A DNA stretch of 64,000 bases from Candidatus Caldarchaeales archaeon (GTDB lineage: Archaea > Thermoproteota > Nitrososphaeria_A > Caldarchaeales > Calditenuaceae): NCBI GenBank assembly GCA_039630085.1, contig JBCNVM010000006.1, positions 17,967-81,966 of the forward strand, read 5' to 3'. Below are positions 10,211-19,770 of the stretch, piece after piece. The stretch's first letter is position 1. Each line of letters opens with the position of its first letter. A program made the position numbers and the translations under genes. Below the pieces are notes generated by a model that was given only the letters and a program-made list of their open reading frames with translations, was not told the DNA's origin and ran no database searches.

Positions 10211-11020
10211 TTGGTGCTGAGGTTCGCGGGCGAGGGGCCGGCCGTCCTGATAGAGAGCTCGGGGAGGAGGTACCTGCTGGTCTCGGACGTCCACCTGGGC
10301 TACGAGCTGGAGCTCGCGAGCAAGGGCGTTAGGGTCCCCCCGCAGGCCCCCAAGGTCACCAGGCGCCTCCTCGAGCTGGGCGAGGAGTCCGGAGCCGAGG
10401 TGCTGGTCCTGCTGGGCGACGTCAAGCACAGGGTCACCGGCGTGAGCTGGAGGGAGGAGGTGGGCGTGAGGGCGATGCTCGCGGAGCTCAGCAGGAGGTT
10501 CGAGGAGGTGGTAGTCCTCCCGGGGAACCACGACGCCGGCATCTCGGAGCTCGTGAAGGGCACCGCGAGCCTCGCGGGGAGCAGGGGCATCAGGATCGGG
10601 GGCTACTGGGTGATGCACGGCCACACATGGCCCCTCCCCGAGTCGCTGGACGCTGACGCCTACGTCATCGGGCACACGCACCCGACCGCGGTGATCAGGA
10701 CGCCCGAGGGGAGCTTCAGGATGAGGGTGAACCTAGTCCTGAGGGGCTCGAGGTCCAAGCTCGCGAGGGCGGTCGCCACTAGGCCCGGCTACGCCGAGGT
10801 CCTCGAGGGGCGGAGGCCGAGGGGGACGGTCAAGCTGCTGGTGCTGGCGCACTTCAGCCCGATGGCCCCGGGCGTCGACGTGGCGGAGCTCCCCGGTTCC
10901 CCGCGGACCAGCCCGCTCCTGAGGTCCGGCGCCTTCGACGTCTCTGAGGCCGACGTCCTTAGCACCTCCGGCGAGCTGCTGGGGAGGCTGGCAGAGCTTG
11001 GGGTCGAGGAGGAGGCCTGA
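10211..11020 (+). CDS. ICC-like metallophosphoesterase
   Basis: SDVHLG, GDVKH, GNHD, MHGH, GHTHP. Confidence 0.88.
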   Translation: MVLRFAGEGPAVLIESSGRRYLLVSDVHLGYELELASKGVRVPPQAPKVTRRLLELGEESGAEVLVLLGDVKHRVTGVSWREEVGVRAMLAELSRRFEEVVVLPGNHDAGISELVKGTASLAGSRGIRIGGYWVMHGHTWPLPESLDADAYVIGHTHPTAVIRTPEGSFRMRVNLVLRGSRSKLARAVATRPGYAEVLEGRRPRGTVKLLVLAHFSPMAPGVDVAELPGSPRTSPLLRSGAFDVSEADVLSTSGELLGRLAELGVEEEA

Positions 11021-11321
11021 GCCCGAGGAGGAGGCGAGGAAGCTCGCGGAGGAGGGCAGGGTCAAGCGGTACGTCTTCAGGCCGAGCGGCCGCGTCGTCT
11101 GGGTCGTCGTGGGGAGGAGGAGGGAGTACATCGTGATGCCCGAGGTAAACTACTGCACCTGCGACGACTACTACTTCAGGGTGATCGGGGGCCAGAAGCC
11201 CTCGTGCTACCACATAGCCGCCGTGAGGACCGCGATCTCCGAGGGGAGCTACGTCGAGGTCGAGGAGGAGGACAGATGGTTCTGGCACCTCCTCGACGAA
11301 TGGCTCGGCTGGAGCGGGTGA
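10998..11321 (+). CDS. SWIM zinc-finger protein
   Basis: CTCDDY...CYH SWIM signature. Confidence 0.82.
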   Translation: MGSRRRPEPEEEARKLAEEGRVKRYVFRPSGRVVWVVVGRRREYIVMPEVNYCTCDDYYFRVIGGQKPSCYHIAAVRTAISEGSYVEVEEEDRWFWHLLDEWLGWSG

Positions 11322-11842
11322 GCGGGCCGGGGCTTATTCCGGGCGAAGCGCGTCCCTCCGGGTCCCACGGGGGCCTTCGCTTCACGACTCTCTGAGCCTC
11401 GGTAGCCCGAGGGCCTCACCCTCCATACCCAGACGAAGCTCGTGAGGAGGTTGACGGAGAAGGCGACCACGACCGCGAGGAAGTAAGAGACCAGGTGGTT
11501 GACCAGCAGGACTTTGTTCAGCAGGTAGAAGGTCGCGAGGTTCACCGCGACGCTTCCGGCCCTCGAGACGTGGAACTTCAGCAGCCTGACCGCGAACCCG
11601 TTGCCGGGGTTTCCACCCGCGCCGAAGGTCCACCTGTCGTTGATGAGGAAGTTCGCGAAGATCGTGACCTCTGTGACTAGGACGGCGCTGACGAACGACT
11701 CCGCGCCGAGCAGGTCCACCATCCCGAACATCATCGCCTCGGCGAGTGCGAGCGTCGCGACCCCGACCGCCACGAACCTGTACGTTCTCCGGTCCTTGAG
11801 CAGTGCGAGTCCGTAGGACCAGGCGACCCTGAGGGTCCTCAA
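11249..11842 (-). CDS. GtrA-family membrane protein
   Basis: RFVAVG, NFLINDRWTF, 4 TM helices; TTGA overlap with the nfo stop. Confidence 0.82.
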   Translation of the reverse strand: MRTLRVAWSYGLALLKDRRTYRFVAVGVATLALAEAMMFGMVDLLGAESFVSAVLVTEVTIFANFLINDRWTFGAGGNPGNGFAVRLLKFHVSRAGSVAVNLATFYLLNKVLLVNHLVSYFLAVVVAFSVNLLTSFVWVWRVRPSGYRGSESREAKAPVGPGGTRFARNKPRPAHPLQPSHSSRRCQNHLSSSSTST

Positions 11843-12690
11843 CCCGTGGCCCCCTCGTAGAGCGACCTGAGCACGGAGAGGTCCCTAGCGTAGTCCCCGT
11901 GCTCGTCCTCCGGCGTCTCGATTATCATCGGGAGCCTCGTAAGCTTCGGGTGGTTGACTATCCTCCTGAAGCCCTCCCTCCCGATCTTGCCGAGGCCTAT
12001 GTGCTCGTGCCTGTCGAGCCTGCTCCCGAGGCCGCCCTTCGAGTCGTTGAGGTGGAGGACCTTGAGGTCTCCGATCCCGACCAGCTCGTCGAAGGACCTC
12101 AGGGTCTCCTCGAGGCCGGACGCGGACCTGATGTCGTAGCCGGCCGCGTAGAGGTGACACGTGTCGAGGCAGACTCCCACCCTGTCCCTGAAGGAGAGCC
12201 TCCCGAGGATCTCCCTGATCTCCTCGAACCTCGAACCGACGCTCCCCTTCTGCCCCGCCATGTTCTCGAGTAGGAGCACGCACTTCGGGTCGACCTCGCC
12301 GATCGCCCTGTCGACCGCCTTCACGACCTGAGACATGCCGACCTCAACTCCCTTCCCCAGGTGGCTCCCCAAGTGGCAGACGAGGTACTCGATGCCCAGC
12401 GCGTCGCACCTCTTCAGCTCCTCGACCAGCGACCTGACCGACCTCTCCCATCCCTCCTTCACCGGCGAGGCGATGTTGGGGAGGTAGGGCATGTGGGCCA
12501 CGACGACCTCGTAACCCGCCTCTTTCCTCCGCCTCCTGAACTCCTCGACCTCTGCGTCCTTCAGCCTCCCGGCCCTCCAGCCCCTGGGGTTCCTCGTGAA
12601 GATCTGGAACGTCGTGCACCCGAGCTCCTGGGCCCTTTCGACCGACTTCGCGATCGACCCGGCGATCGAGACGTGCGCGCCCAGCAGCAT
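11839..12690 (-). CDS. nfo: endonuclease IV (AP endonuclease)
   Basis: GAHVSIAG, QIFTRNPRGW, HMPYLPN, ENMAG, CLDTCH, HLNDS, DRHEHIG, ETP. Confidence 0.95.
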   Translation of the reverse strand: MLLGAHVSIAGSIAKSVERAQELGCTTFQIFTRNPRGWRAGRLKDAEVEEFRRRRKEAGYEVVVAHMPYLPNIASPVKEGWERSVRSLVEELKRCDALGIEYLVCHLGSHLGKGVEVGMSQVVKAVDRAIGEVDPKCVLLLENMAGQKGSVGSRFEEIREILGRLSFRDRVGVCLDTCHLYAAGYDIRSASGLEETLRSFDELVGIGDLKVLHLNDSKGGLGSRLDRHEHIGLGKIGREGFRRIVNHPKLTRLPMIIETPEDEHGDYARDLSVLRSLYEGATG

Positions 12691-12747
12691 CCGATTCCAC
12701 CTGCCCCTTACACCATAAATGCTTGTCCCGGCGGCCCGGACGTGTCA

Positions 12748-14460
12748 TCAGAGCAGGAGCGGGATCAGGAACGACGAGCCCATCAGCGCGAGGTAGACGG
12801 CGATCGACCTCTGCGTCAGCCCCGACAGCCTCTCGAGCGCGTCGCCGCTTAGGGCTGGCACGTCCCTGTGGGCCGCCTCGACTACCGAGACCTCGGCCTC
12901 CTCCAGCGATCTCAGTGCATCCCTCGCGAGCCGCCTCAGCCTCTCCGCGACGGCGCCCGCGCTCACCGACTCCCCTATCGTCCTGTAGCCCCTTCCGCCC
13001 AGCTTCACGCCGTTCACCGAGTGCGTGTCGGTCGTGAGGAACTCCACCGCGTCCCAGCCCTCCCCCCTCACGGCCTCGAGGACTAAGGGCCTCACCTCCG
13101 GGAGCGCGTTGTTCCCGTCGACGACCGCCATCGCGAGCCTGTATCCGTTCACCTCCAGCCCGAAGACCGACATCCCTGAGGGCCCCATGCCCTCGGTCGG
13201 GCCGAGGTCCTCGGGCACCTCCCTCGCGAGCGCCACCTTCGGCCTTCCCGTCACCCGGGCCGATGAGCTCAGGAACCGATCAAGTGCCGCCCTGATCCCA
13301 GACAGCTCCCGGTCGGAGAGGCCGTTGTAGCCGTCCATGAAGGAGTTGTGAGGGTCGATCAGCCTTACGCCTCTGCCGGTGAAGGGCTCCTCGAGGGACT
13401 TTGGGAAGTCCTCCATCGGCATCGGGTGGAGCGTGGCAACGACGAACGTCCTCCCGCACGCCTCGATGCCCACCAAGGTGACGCCGTCGACCTCGCGCTG
13501 AGGGAGGATCGACGCGGTCCGGGAGGGAGGACCAGCGTGACCCGCGACGGAGTCCGCGACCTCAGCCACCACCCTCCTCACGGACCCCGAGTCAGCGACG
13601 TCCGCGTCGTGCCCCGCGCAGCCCTTCAGCACTAGGGCCTCGAAGCCGCGTCTCGAGAGCTCCAGCTCGACCTGGTAGTTCAGCATCGAGCTCCCGACGT
13701 TCCTGAAGGGGCCGAAGTGGAAGTCGGTCACGACCAGCGCCAGCCTCTTGCCAGAGGCCGTCCTGAAGACAATCGCGGTCGACGCGAAGTCCCTCCTCTC
13801 CGAGAGGAGCATCAGCTCCCGCTCGAGGCGTCCCGGGTCTCCCGCGAGGATCGTCCTCGCGAAGCCCCTCGCGAGCCTGAGGGGCGTGGTCCCTGAGAAG
13901 CCGGCGGAGAGCGCTGCGAGCGAAGCAGCGGGCGCGAAGAACGTCGCGGCGAGTGAAATCGCGACCGGGTGGTGGAGCTCGGGCCGCGGCGCCGCGACCA
14001 GATACCTCACGAGGACCTCGGCCACACCGACGGCGTAGCCCCTGAGGGGGCCCTCGAAGGCCGCCAGCACGGTGACCCTGACGTACCCGGAGAGCGAGAC
14101 CGACGCGAGGTAGGCCCTCCAGGTCCCCTGATCGTTTTGGGCTAGGACCGAGTAGCCCGCGCCCGCCAGAGAGGCCGCAAGACCGAAGTAGTTCTCCAGG
14201 AGGGTGAGCATGTTGAGCCTCCTGAGCGTGACGACCCTCGAGCCCGCGTAAACGGTCCTCGAGGAGACCAAGTTGACGGCCATGGGGAGCAAGGCCATCC
14301 ACGAGGCCCAGACGACCAGTTCGGTCGGGGAGAGGACTGCCAGCTCGACGACCAGCGCGGTCGCGAGGGCCGTCGCGAGGACCAGTAGGGGGGCGAAGTC
14401 AGCGCCTGGGGGCCTGAAGAGGAACCTGTACTTTGAGGCGATCCCCGAGGCGTCGACCAA
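12748..14460 (-). CDS. DUF2070 family membrane protein
   Basis: N-terminal TM helices, HFGPFRNVGSS, IDPHN, DGNN, TTDTH. Confidence 0.78.
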   Translation of the reverse strand: MVDASGIASKYRFLFRPPGADFAPLLVLATALATALVVELAVLSPTELVVWASWMALLPMAVNLVSSRTVYAGSRVVTLRRLNMLTLLENYFGLAASLAGAGYSVLAQNDQGTWRAYLASVSLSGYVRVTVLAAFEGPLRGYAVGVAEVLVRYLVAAPRPELHHPVAISLAATFFAPAASLAALSAGFSGTTPLRLARGFARTILAGDPGRLERELMLLSERRDFASTAIVFRTASGKRLALVVTDFHFGPFRNVGSSMLNYQVELELSRRGFEALVLKGCAGHDADVADSGSVRRVVAEVADSVAGHAGPPSRTASILPQREVDGVTLVGIEACGRTFVVATLHPMPMEDFPKSLEEPFTGRGVRLIDPHNSFMDGYNGLSDRELSGIRAALDRFLSSSARVTGRPKVALAREVPEDLGPTEGMGPSGMSVFGLEVNGYRLAMAVVDGNNALPEVRPLVLEAVRGEGWDAVEFLTTDTHSVNGVKLGGRGYRTIGESVSAGAVAERLRRLARDALRSLEEAEVSVVEAAHRDVPALSGDALERLSGLTQRSIAVYLALMGSSFLIPLLL

Positions 14461-14523
14461 CCCGGACGGCCACGAGGGACGCTCACTATATCCATGACGT
14501 CACGGCCTCCACAGGTCGACGGA

Positions 14524-16251
14524 TCACTTCGGCGAGTGACCCTTCAGATCTACGACCGGCTTCGGCGAGAAGCCAGGGGGGTATATCGTCTCCTCGAGCG
14601 GCCTGCCGGGGGGGACCATCGGGAATACCTTCTCGTCCCTGCTCACCGGGACGTCCAGAACCACGGCCTGCTCGCTCCTGACCGCCCTCCTGACGTGGGA
14701 GACCAGCTCGCCGTAGTCCTGGACGAAGTGAGCCTCGACCCCGAAGGCCTCCGAGAGCTTGACGAGGTTGGTGATGTCGGTGAAGTCGACGTCCTTGTAC
14801 CTCCTCCTGTAGAAGAGGTCCTGCCACTGCCTGACCATCCCGAGGCTCCTGTTGTCGAAGATCACCGTGATCACGGGGACGTCGTTCTCGGCCACGTTCG
14901 CGAGCGTCTGACAAGTCATCAGGAAGCTCCCGTCGCCGTCGAGGTTCACGACCACCCTGTTGGGCGCGGCGACCTTCGCCCCGAACGCCGCCGGGAGACC
15001 GAAGCCCATCGTCCCCAGCCCCGCGCTGGTGATGAACGTCCCGGGCTCTAGGACCCTGTAGAAGAGCTGGGCCCACATCTGGTGCTGCCCGACGCCTGTC
15101 GTCACGATCGCGGACCTCGGGAGCTCGTCCCTGAGGAGCTTGACGACCTTCCAAGAGTAGAGCGCCCCGGAGTCCTCCTGGGAAAGCATGTACTCGTCGT
15201 AGGCGGCGCCGACCCCCTTCAGCCTCGGTATCCAGCCCGGGTCCACGTTCGACCTCCCCGACCTGAGAGCCCTGAGCAGCGACCTCAGCGCGGCCCTGCA
15301 GTCCGCCTGGACGAAGACGTCTGGCTTGACGACCTTCGAGTTCTCCGAGGAATCAACGTCGACGTGTATCAGGGACTTACCCTTCCTGAACTCGCCCGCG
15401 GGGCCTATGGCCCTGTCCGAGAGCCTCGTCCCCACCGCGATCACGAGGTCGGCCTCCACCATCGCGAGGTTCGCCTCGACCCTTCCGTGCATCCCCACCA
15501 CGCCGAGCACGTTCGGATGGTCCTCGGGCACGGAGGTCTTCCCGGGCGTGGTGGTCACTACTGGGGCCACGATCCTCCCGGAGAGCTCGAGGACCTCGTC
15601 GGTGGCGCCGCTCGACCAGACGCCTCCCCCGACGAGTATCAGCGGCCTCCTCGACCGAGCTATCAGCTCCGCTGCCCTCGAGACCGCCTCCTCGCTCGGC
15701 TCCGGCGGCGTCCTCGCGAAGCCCGGCTCGGGCTCGACCGTCAGCTCCTCGCTCACCTCCTCTTGGAAGACGTCCCTCGGAACGTCGACCAGCGTCGGGC
15801 CGGCTCGCGGCGACGTGGCGCAGAAGTAGGCGTTCGCGAACTCCACGGAGAGCCTCTCGGGTCGGAGGACGGTCGTCGCGTACTTGACGTGAGGCAGGAC
15901 CATGCTGACGATGTCCGACTCCTGGAACGCGTCGGTGCCCATGAAGGGCCTCGTCACCTGCCCTGTGACCGCGACGAGGGGCGCGCTGTCCATCGACGCG
16001 TTGACCAGCCCGGTGATCAGGTTGGTCGCTCCGGGGCCAGAGGTCGCGGAAGCGATTCCGGGCCTCCTCTTCACCCTGGCGTATCCCTCGGCCGCGTGGG
16101 CAGCCTGCTGCTCGTGCCTCATCAGGTAGCTCCTGATCTCCGAGTCGAGGAGCGCGTCGTAGAAGGGGAGGTTCGCCCCACCCGGTATGCCGAAGACCGC
16201 CTCCACCCCGAGCTCCTCCATCGCCCTCACGAGCTTCTTCGCCGCGTTCAC
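14524..16251 (-). CDS. ilvB: acetolactate synthase large subunit
   Basis: FGIPGGA, RHEQ, TSGPGATN, GMHG, GQHQMW, GDGSF..N TPP motif; GTG at 16251 overlaps the leuA stop. Confidence 0.93.
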   Translation of the reverse strand: MNAAKKLVRAMEELGVEAVFGIPGGANLPFYDALLDSEIRSYLMRHEQQAAHAAEGYARVKRRPGIASATSGPGATNLITGLVNASMDSAPLVAVTGQVTRPFMGTDAFQESDIVSMVLPHVKYATTVLRPERLSVEFANAYFCATSPRAGPTLVDVPRDVFQEEVSEELTVEPEPGFARTPPEPSEEAVSRAAELIARSRRPLILVGGGVWSSGATDEVLELSGRIVAPVVTTTPGKTSVPEDHPNVLGVVGMHGRVEANLAMVEADLVIAVGTRLSDRAIGPAGEFRKGKSLIHVDVDSSENSKVVKPDVFVQADCRAALRSLLRALRSGRSNVDPGWIPRLKGVGAAYDEYMLSQEDSGALYSWKVVKLLRDELPRSAIVTTGVGQHQMWAQLFYRVLEPGTFITSAGLGTMGFGLPAAFGAKVAAPNRVVVNLDGDGSFLMTCQTLANVAENDVPVITVIFDNRSLGMVRQWQDLFYRRRYKDVDFTDITNLVKLSEAFGVEAHFVQDYGELVSHVRRAVRSEQAVVLDVPVSRDEKVFPMVPPGRPLEETIYPPGFSPKPVVDLKGHSPK

Positions 16252-17792
16252 GACCCACCACCGGCCCTCGAGCTCAGGACCTGCGAGACCGCGCCGCCCA
16301 CCGCCATCGCGACTGCCATCGCCGGGTCGTGGGCCAGACCCCTCCCGATGAGCGTAGACCCGTTGAACCTTACGACCACTTCGGCCTCCGCGGGGCACCT
16401 GTCAGTGTTCGGCGGGACGTAGACGGAGTACTCGACCACCTCCATCGGGCCCAAGACCCTCGAGACGACGTTCGCGACGGCCGAGATCGACGCCGAGACC
16501 GGCGACCTGCCCCTCCCGAATCCCTTGACGCGCTCGCCCCCGATGGAGACCTCGACCTCGCCCGAGACCTCCTGGCCGTCGGCCCTCACCAAGACCGAGA
16601 CGACCTCGAGGGGCTGCGAAGAAACCAGCGAAGGTTCGTCCTTGACGAGCCTTAGCAGGAGCTGTTCGGTGAGCCTCGCGCCCGTGTCGGCCACCTCCTT
16701 CACCCTCTCCAGGACCTTCTTCCCCTCCTCGAGGCTCAGCTCGAAGCCGTGCTGCCTGAGGACCTCGACCACCGCGTGGGTCCCCGAGTGCTTCCCGACG
16801 ACTATCCTCCTCCTCTTCCCGACCAGCTCAGGGGTTATCGGCTCGTAGGTGAGGGGGTTGTTGATGACTCCGTGGACGTGGATCCCGCTCTCGTGGCTGA
16901 AGGCGTGGTCCCCGACGATCGCCTTGTTACGCTGGACGACCATCCCCGTCAAGCCCGAGACCAGCCTCGAGACGGCCGCGAGCCTGCTCAGGTCGATCCC
17001 GCAGTCGACCCCGTAGAGGACCTTCAGGGCCACGACCACCTCCTCGAGGCTAGCGTTCCCAGCCCTCTCGCCGATCCCGTTGACCGTGACGTGGACGATC
17101 TCCGCTCCGCCCTCCACGCCCGCGATCGTGTTGGCGGTCGCGAGGCCCATGTCGTCGTGGCAATGGACCGCCACCGGAAGGCCCGTGGCCTCCCTCACCT
17201 CCCTCGCCAGCTCCCTCATCACAAGCGGTATCGCGACTCCCACCGTGTCGGGGATGTCGAGGCTGTCCGCGCCCGCCTCAGCGGCCCCCCTGTAGACCCT
17301 GAGGAGGAAGGACCTCTCGGACCTCGTAGCGTCCTCGCAGGAGAAGTGGACCTCCACGCCACGCGACTTCGCGTACTCGACGCTCTCCACCGCCGCCTCG
17401 TAAACCTGCTCCGGCGTCATCCTGAGCTTGTGCCTCATGTGGATCTCCGAGGTCGCGATGAAGACGTGGACCCAGTCGACCCCCGCGTCCACCGCCCGAT
17501 CGATGTCCCTCCTGTCGCACCTCGCCAGCGCGCAGACCTTCGGCCCTAGCCCCAGCCTCGAGATCTCCTTCACCGCCACCTGCTCGCCCCTCGAGACGGC
17601 CGGGTATCCGGCCTCGATCACCGCGACCCCGAGCTCGGCGAGCGCCCTGGCGACCTCGACCTTCTCCTCCATCCTCAGCGAGACTCCGGGCGACTGCTCG
17701 CCGTCCCTCAGCGTCGTGTCGAAGACCTGCACCCTCTCGGGGAGGAGAGGGAATGCGTCCCGGATCACGCTGCTCCACGACATCTCCACCAC
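16248..17792 (-). CDS. leuA: 2-isopropylmalate synthase (LeuA family)
   Basis: DTTLRDGEQSPG, HCHDDMGLA, GIGERAGN, HESGIH, C-terminal regulatory domain; co-transcribed with ilvB. Confidence 0.82.
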   Translation of the reverse strand: MVEMSWSSVIRDAFPLLPERVQVFDTTLRDGEQSPGVSLRMEEKVEVARALAELGVAVIEAGYPAVSRGEQVAVKEISRLGLGPKVCALARCDRRDIDRAVDAGVDWVHVFIATSEIHMRHKLRMTPEQVYEAAVESVEYAKSRGVEVHFSCEDATRSERSFLLRVYRGAAEAGADSLDIPDTVGVAIPLVMRELAREVREATGLPVAVHCHDDMGLATANTIAGVEGGAEIVHVTVNGIGERAGNASLEEVVVALKVLYGVDCGIDLSRLAAVSRLVSGLTGMVVQRNKAIVGDHAFSHESGIHVHGVINNPLTYEPITPELVGKRRRIVVGKHSGTHAVVEVLRQHGFELSLEEGKKVLERVKEVADTGARLTEQLLLRLVKDEPSLVSSQPLEVVSVLVRADGQEVSGEVEVSIGGERVKGFGRGRSPVSASISAVANVVSRVLGPMEVVEYSVYVPPNTDRCPAEAEVVVRFNGSTLIGRGLAHDPAMAVAMAVGGAVSQVLSSRAGGGS

Positions 17793-17793
17793 C

Positions 17794-17880
17794 TCAGAGG
17801 AGGAGCGCCGGCGGCAGGGAGAAGCGGCGAGACGCGAACTCGCTCGGCTCCGCGACGCGGCAGTTCCGAACTCCCGTCAA
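17794..17880 (-). CDS. putative 28-aa leader peptide ending Leu-Leu-Leu
   Basis: TTG...CTC CTC CTC TGA (MTGVRNCRVAEPSEFASRRFSLPPALLL*); the stop runs into the GAGGTGGTGGAG RBS of leuA. Confidence 0.4.
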   Translation of the reverse strand: MTGVRNCRVAEPSEFASRRFSLPPALLL

Positions 17881-17994
17881 CCTACGTGCCCGAGCAATAG
17901 GCACCACCGGCTTGCATCGACGCGGAAACGGCTCCGATTTATACCTTCTCAGACAGACGACGATCGCGGATGATCGGTGGGTAGCTGCTTAATT

Positions 17995-18276
17995 ATGACG
18001 CCGAGCCCTCTCCCGGTGTTGAGGGAGCCGAGGTTTCAGGTCGAGGTGAAGCATTCCTCGAGGGCCCTCAGGGTGGAGAGGCAGCTCGTCGAGGAGCTGA
18101 AGGGCACGCTGGGTGCGAAGATGATCACCAGGATGAGGAAGGAGTACGTCGACTGTCCAGTCGCGAGGGCTCAGCTCCCCTTCCTGATCTGCTACAACTG
18201 CGTCTCGTTCATCAGGAGGGTCTCGGGGGTGGTCCACTGCGAGGGGAAGGAGCAGAGGCTGAGGGGCAGGGCATGA
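17995..18276 (+). CDS. small Cys-containing hypothetical protein
   Basis: DCPV...ICYNC...HC; ATGA overlap with the next gene. Confidence 0.7.
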   Translation: MTPSPLPVLREPRFQVEVKHSSRALRVERQLVEELKGTLGAKMITRMRKEYVDCPVARAQLPFLICYNCVSFIRRVSGVVHCEGKEQRLRGRA

Positions 18277-18542
18277 ACCAAGGGATGGTCCTCTCGGGGC
18301 TGGTCACCGCGGTCTTCGGCGTGATATTCCTCCTGATGGGCTTCATCCCCCTCGGCGCCCTGATCGTGGTCGGGATCGCTTTGTTCATCGCCGGAATAGG
18401 CGCGCCCCCCTCCGAGCCGGTGACCCCGGAGGACCCGACGAAGAAGTTCTGCTGGTACTGCATGGAGGAGATCGAGAAGGACGCGAAGACCTGTCCCTAC
18501 TGCGGCTTGGAACAGATTGAGGAGGGGACCAAGCGGGGATAG
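18273..18542 (+). CDS. two-TM protein with C-terminal zinc ribbon
   Basis: Hydrophobic N-terminus then CWYC...CPYCG. Confidence 0.72.
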   Translation: MNQGMVLSGLVTAVFGVIFLLMGFIPLGALIVVGIALFIAGIGAPPSEPVTPEDPTKKFCWYCMEEIEKDAKTCPYCGLEQIEEGTKRG

Positions 18543-18573
18543 AATTAAAGCGGGCTGGCGGGCTGATAGGGGC

Positions 18574-19770
18574 ATGCGCGTCGCGCTGGCATACAGCGGG
18601 GGCCTCGACACGACCGTCTCGATCAAGTGGCTTCAGGAGAAGTACGGCGCGGAGGTGATCACGGTGACCGTCGACGTCGGCCAGCCCGAGGACTTCGAGG
18701 AGGTCGAGAGGAGGGCCTACGCCGCCGGCGCGGTCAAGCACTACCTGATCGACGGGAAGGCGAGGTTCGCTGGGGAGTTCGTCTCGAGGGCAATCAAGGC
18801 CAACGCCCTCTACGAGGGCGAGTACCCGGTCTCGACGGCCTTGGCGAGGTACCTGATCGCGGAGGAGGTGGCGAGGGTAGCGAAGGCCGAAGGCTGCGAC
18901 GCGGTCGCGCACGGGTGTACCGGAAAGGGGAACGACCAGCTGAGGTTCGACGCGACCTTCGCGGTCTTGGTCCCGGAGATGAGGGTGATCGCGCCTGTAA
19001 GGGAGTGGGGGATGAGCAGGGACGAGGAGGTGGAGTACGCTAGGTCCAGGGGCCTGAGGCTGGACCCGAAGAAGAGCAAGTTCAGCATCGACGAGAACCT
19101 CTGGGGCAGGTCCCTCGAGGCCGGAGAGCTGGAGGACCCGTGGAACGAGCCGCCCTGGGACGCGCTGAAGTTCGTGAGGCCCCCCTCTGAGTGGAGGGAC
19201 GGCGAGGACTTGGTCGTGGAGTTCGAGGGGGGCGTGCCGGTCTCGGTCGACGGCGAGAGGATGAGGCTCGACGCGATGGTGCAGCACCTCAACTTCAGGG
19301 CAGGGAGGCACGGGGTCGGGCTGATCGACCACATCGAGGACAGGGTGATAGGGCTGAAGTCCAGGGAGGTCTACGAGGCTCCGGCCGCGACCGTCCTGAT
19401 CAGGGCCCACAGGGACCTAGAGAAGCTGGTGCTGAGCAGGAGGGCCCTCGCGTTCAAGAGACAGGTCGAGGAGGAGTGGGCCTGGCTCGTCTACGCGGGG
19501 CTCTGGTACGACCCGCTCAGGGAGGCGCTGGACGCTTTCGTCGACGAGACCCAGAGGACCGTGACCGGCGAGGTGAGGCTCAGGCTCGAGAGGGGCGCGC
19601 TGCTGGTGAGGGGAAGGAGGAGCCCCTACTCGGCGTACGCGGAGGACCTGATCACGTACTCGGCGGCGAGCAGGTTCGACCAGCGCGCCGGAGAGGCCTT
19701 CTCGAGGATCTGGTCGCTGGAGTCACAGGTCGTCAACAGGGCTAGGGGAAGGTTCAGGCCCGGCCGCTGA
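18574..19770 (+). CDS. argG: argininosuccinate synthase
   Basis: AYSGGLDT, HGCTGKGNDQLRF, SIDENLWG, GLKSREVYE. Confidence 0.96.
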   Translation: MRVALAYSGGLDTTVSIKWLQEKYGAEVITVTVDVGQPEDFEEVERRAYAAGAVKHYLIDGKARFAGEFVSRAIKANALYEGEYPVSTALARYLIAEEVARVAKAEGCDAVAHGCTGKGNDQLRFDATFAVLVPEMRVIAPVREWGMSRDEEVEYARSRGLRLDPKKSKFSIDENLWGRSLEAGELEDPWNEPPWDALKFVRPPSEWRDGEDLVVEFEGGVPVSVDGERMRLDAMVQHLNFRAGRHGVGLIDHIEDRVIGLKSREVYEAPAATVLIRAHRDLEKLVLSRRALAFKRQVEEEWAWLVYAGLWYDPLREALDAFVDETQRTVTGEVRLRLERGALLVRGRRSPYSAYAEDLITYSAASRFDQRAGEAFSRIWSLESQVVNRARGRFRPGR

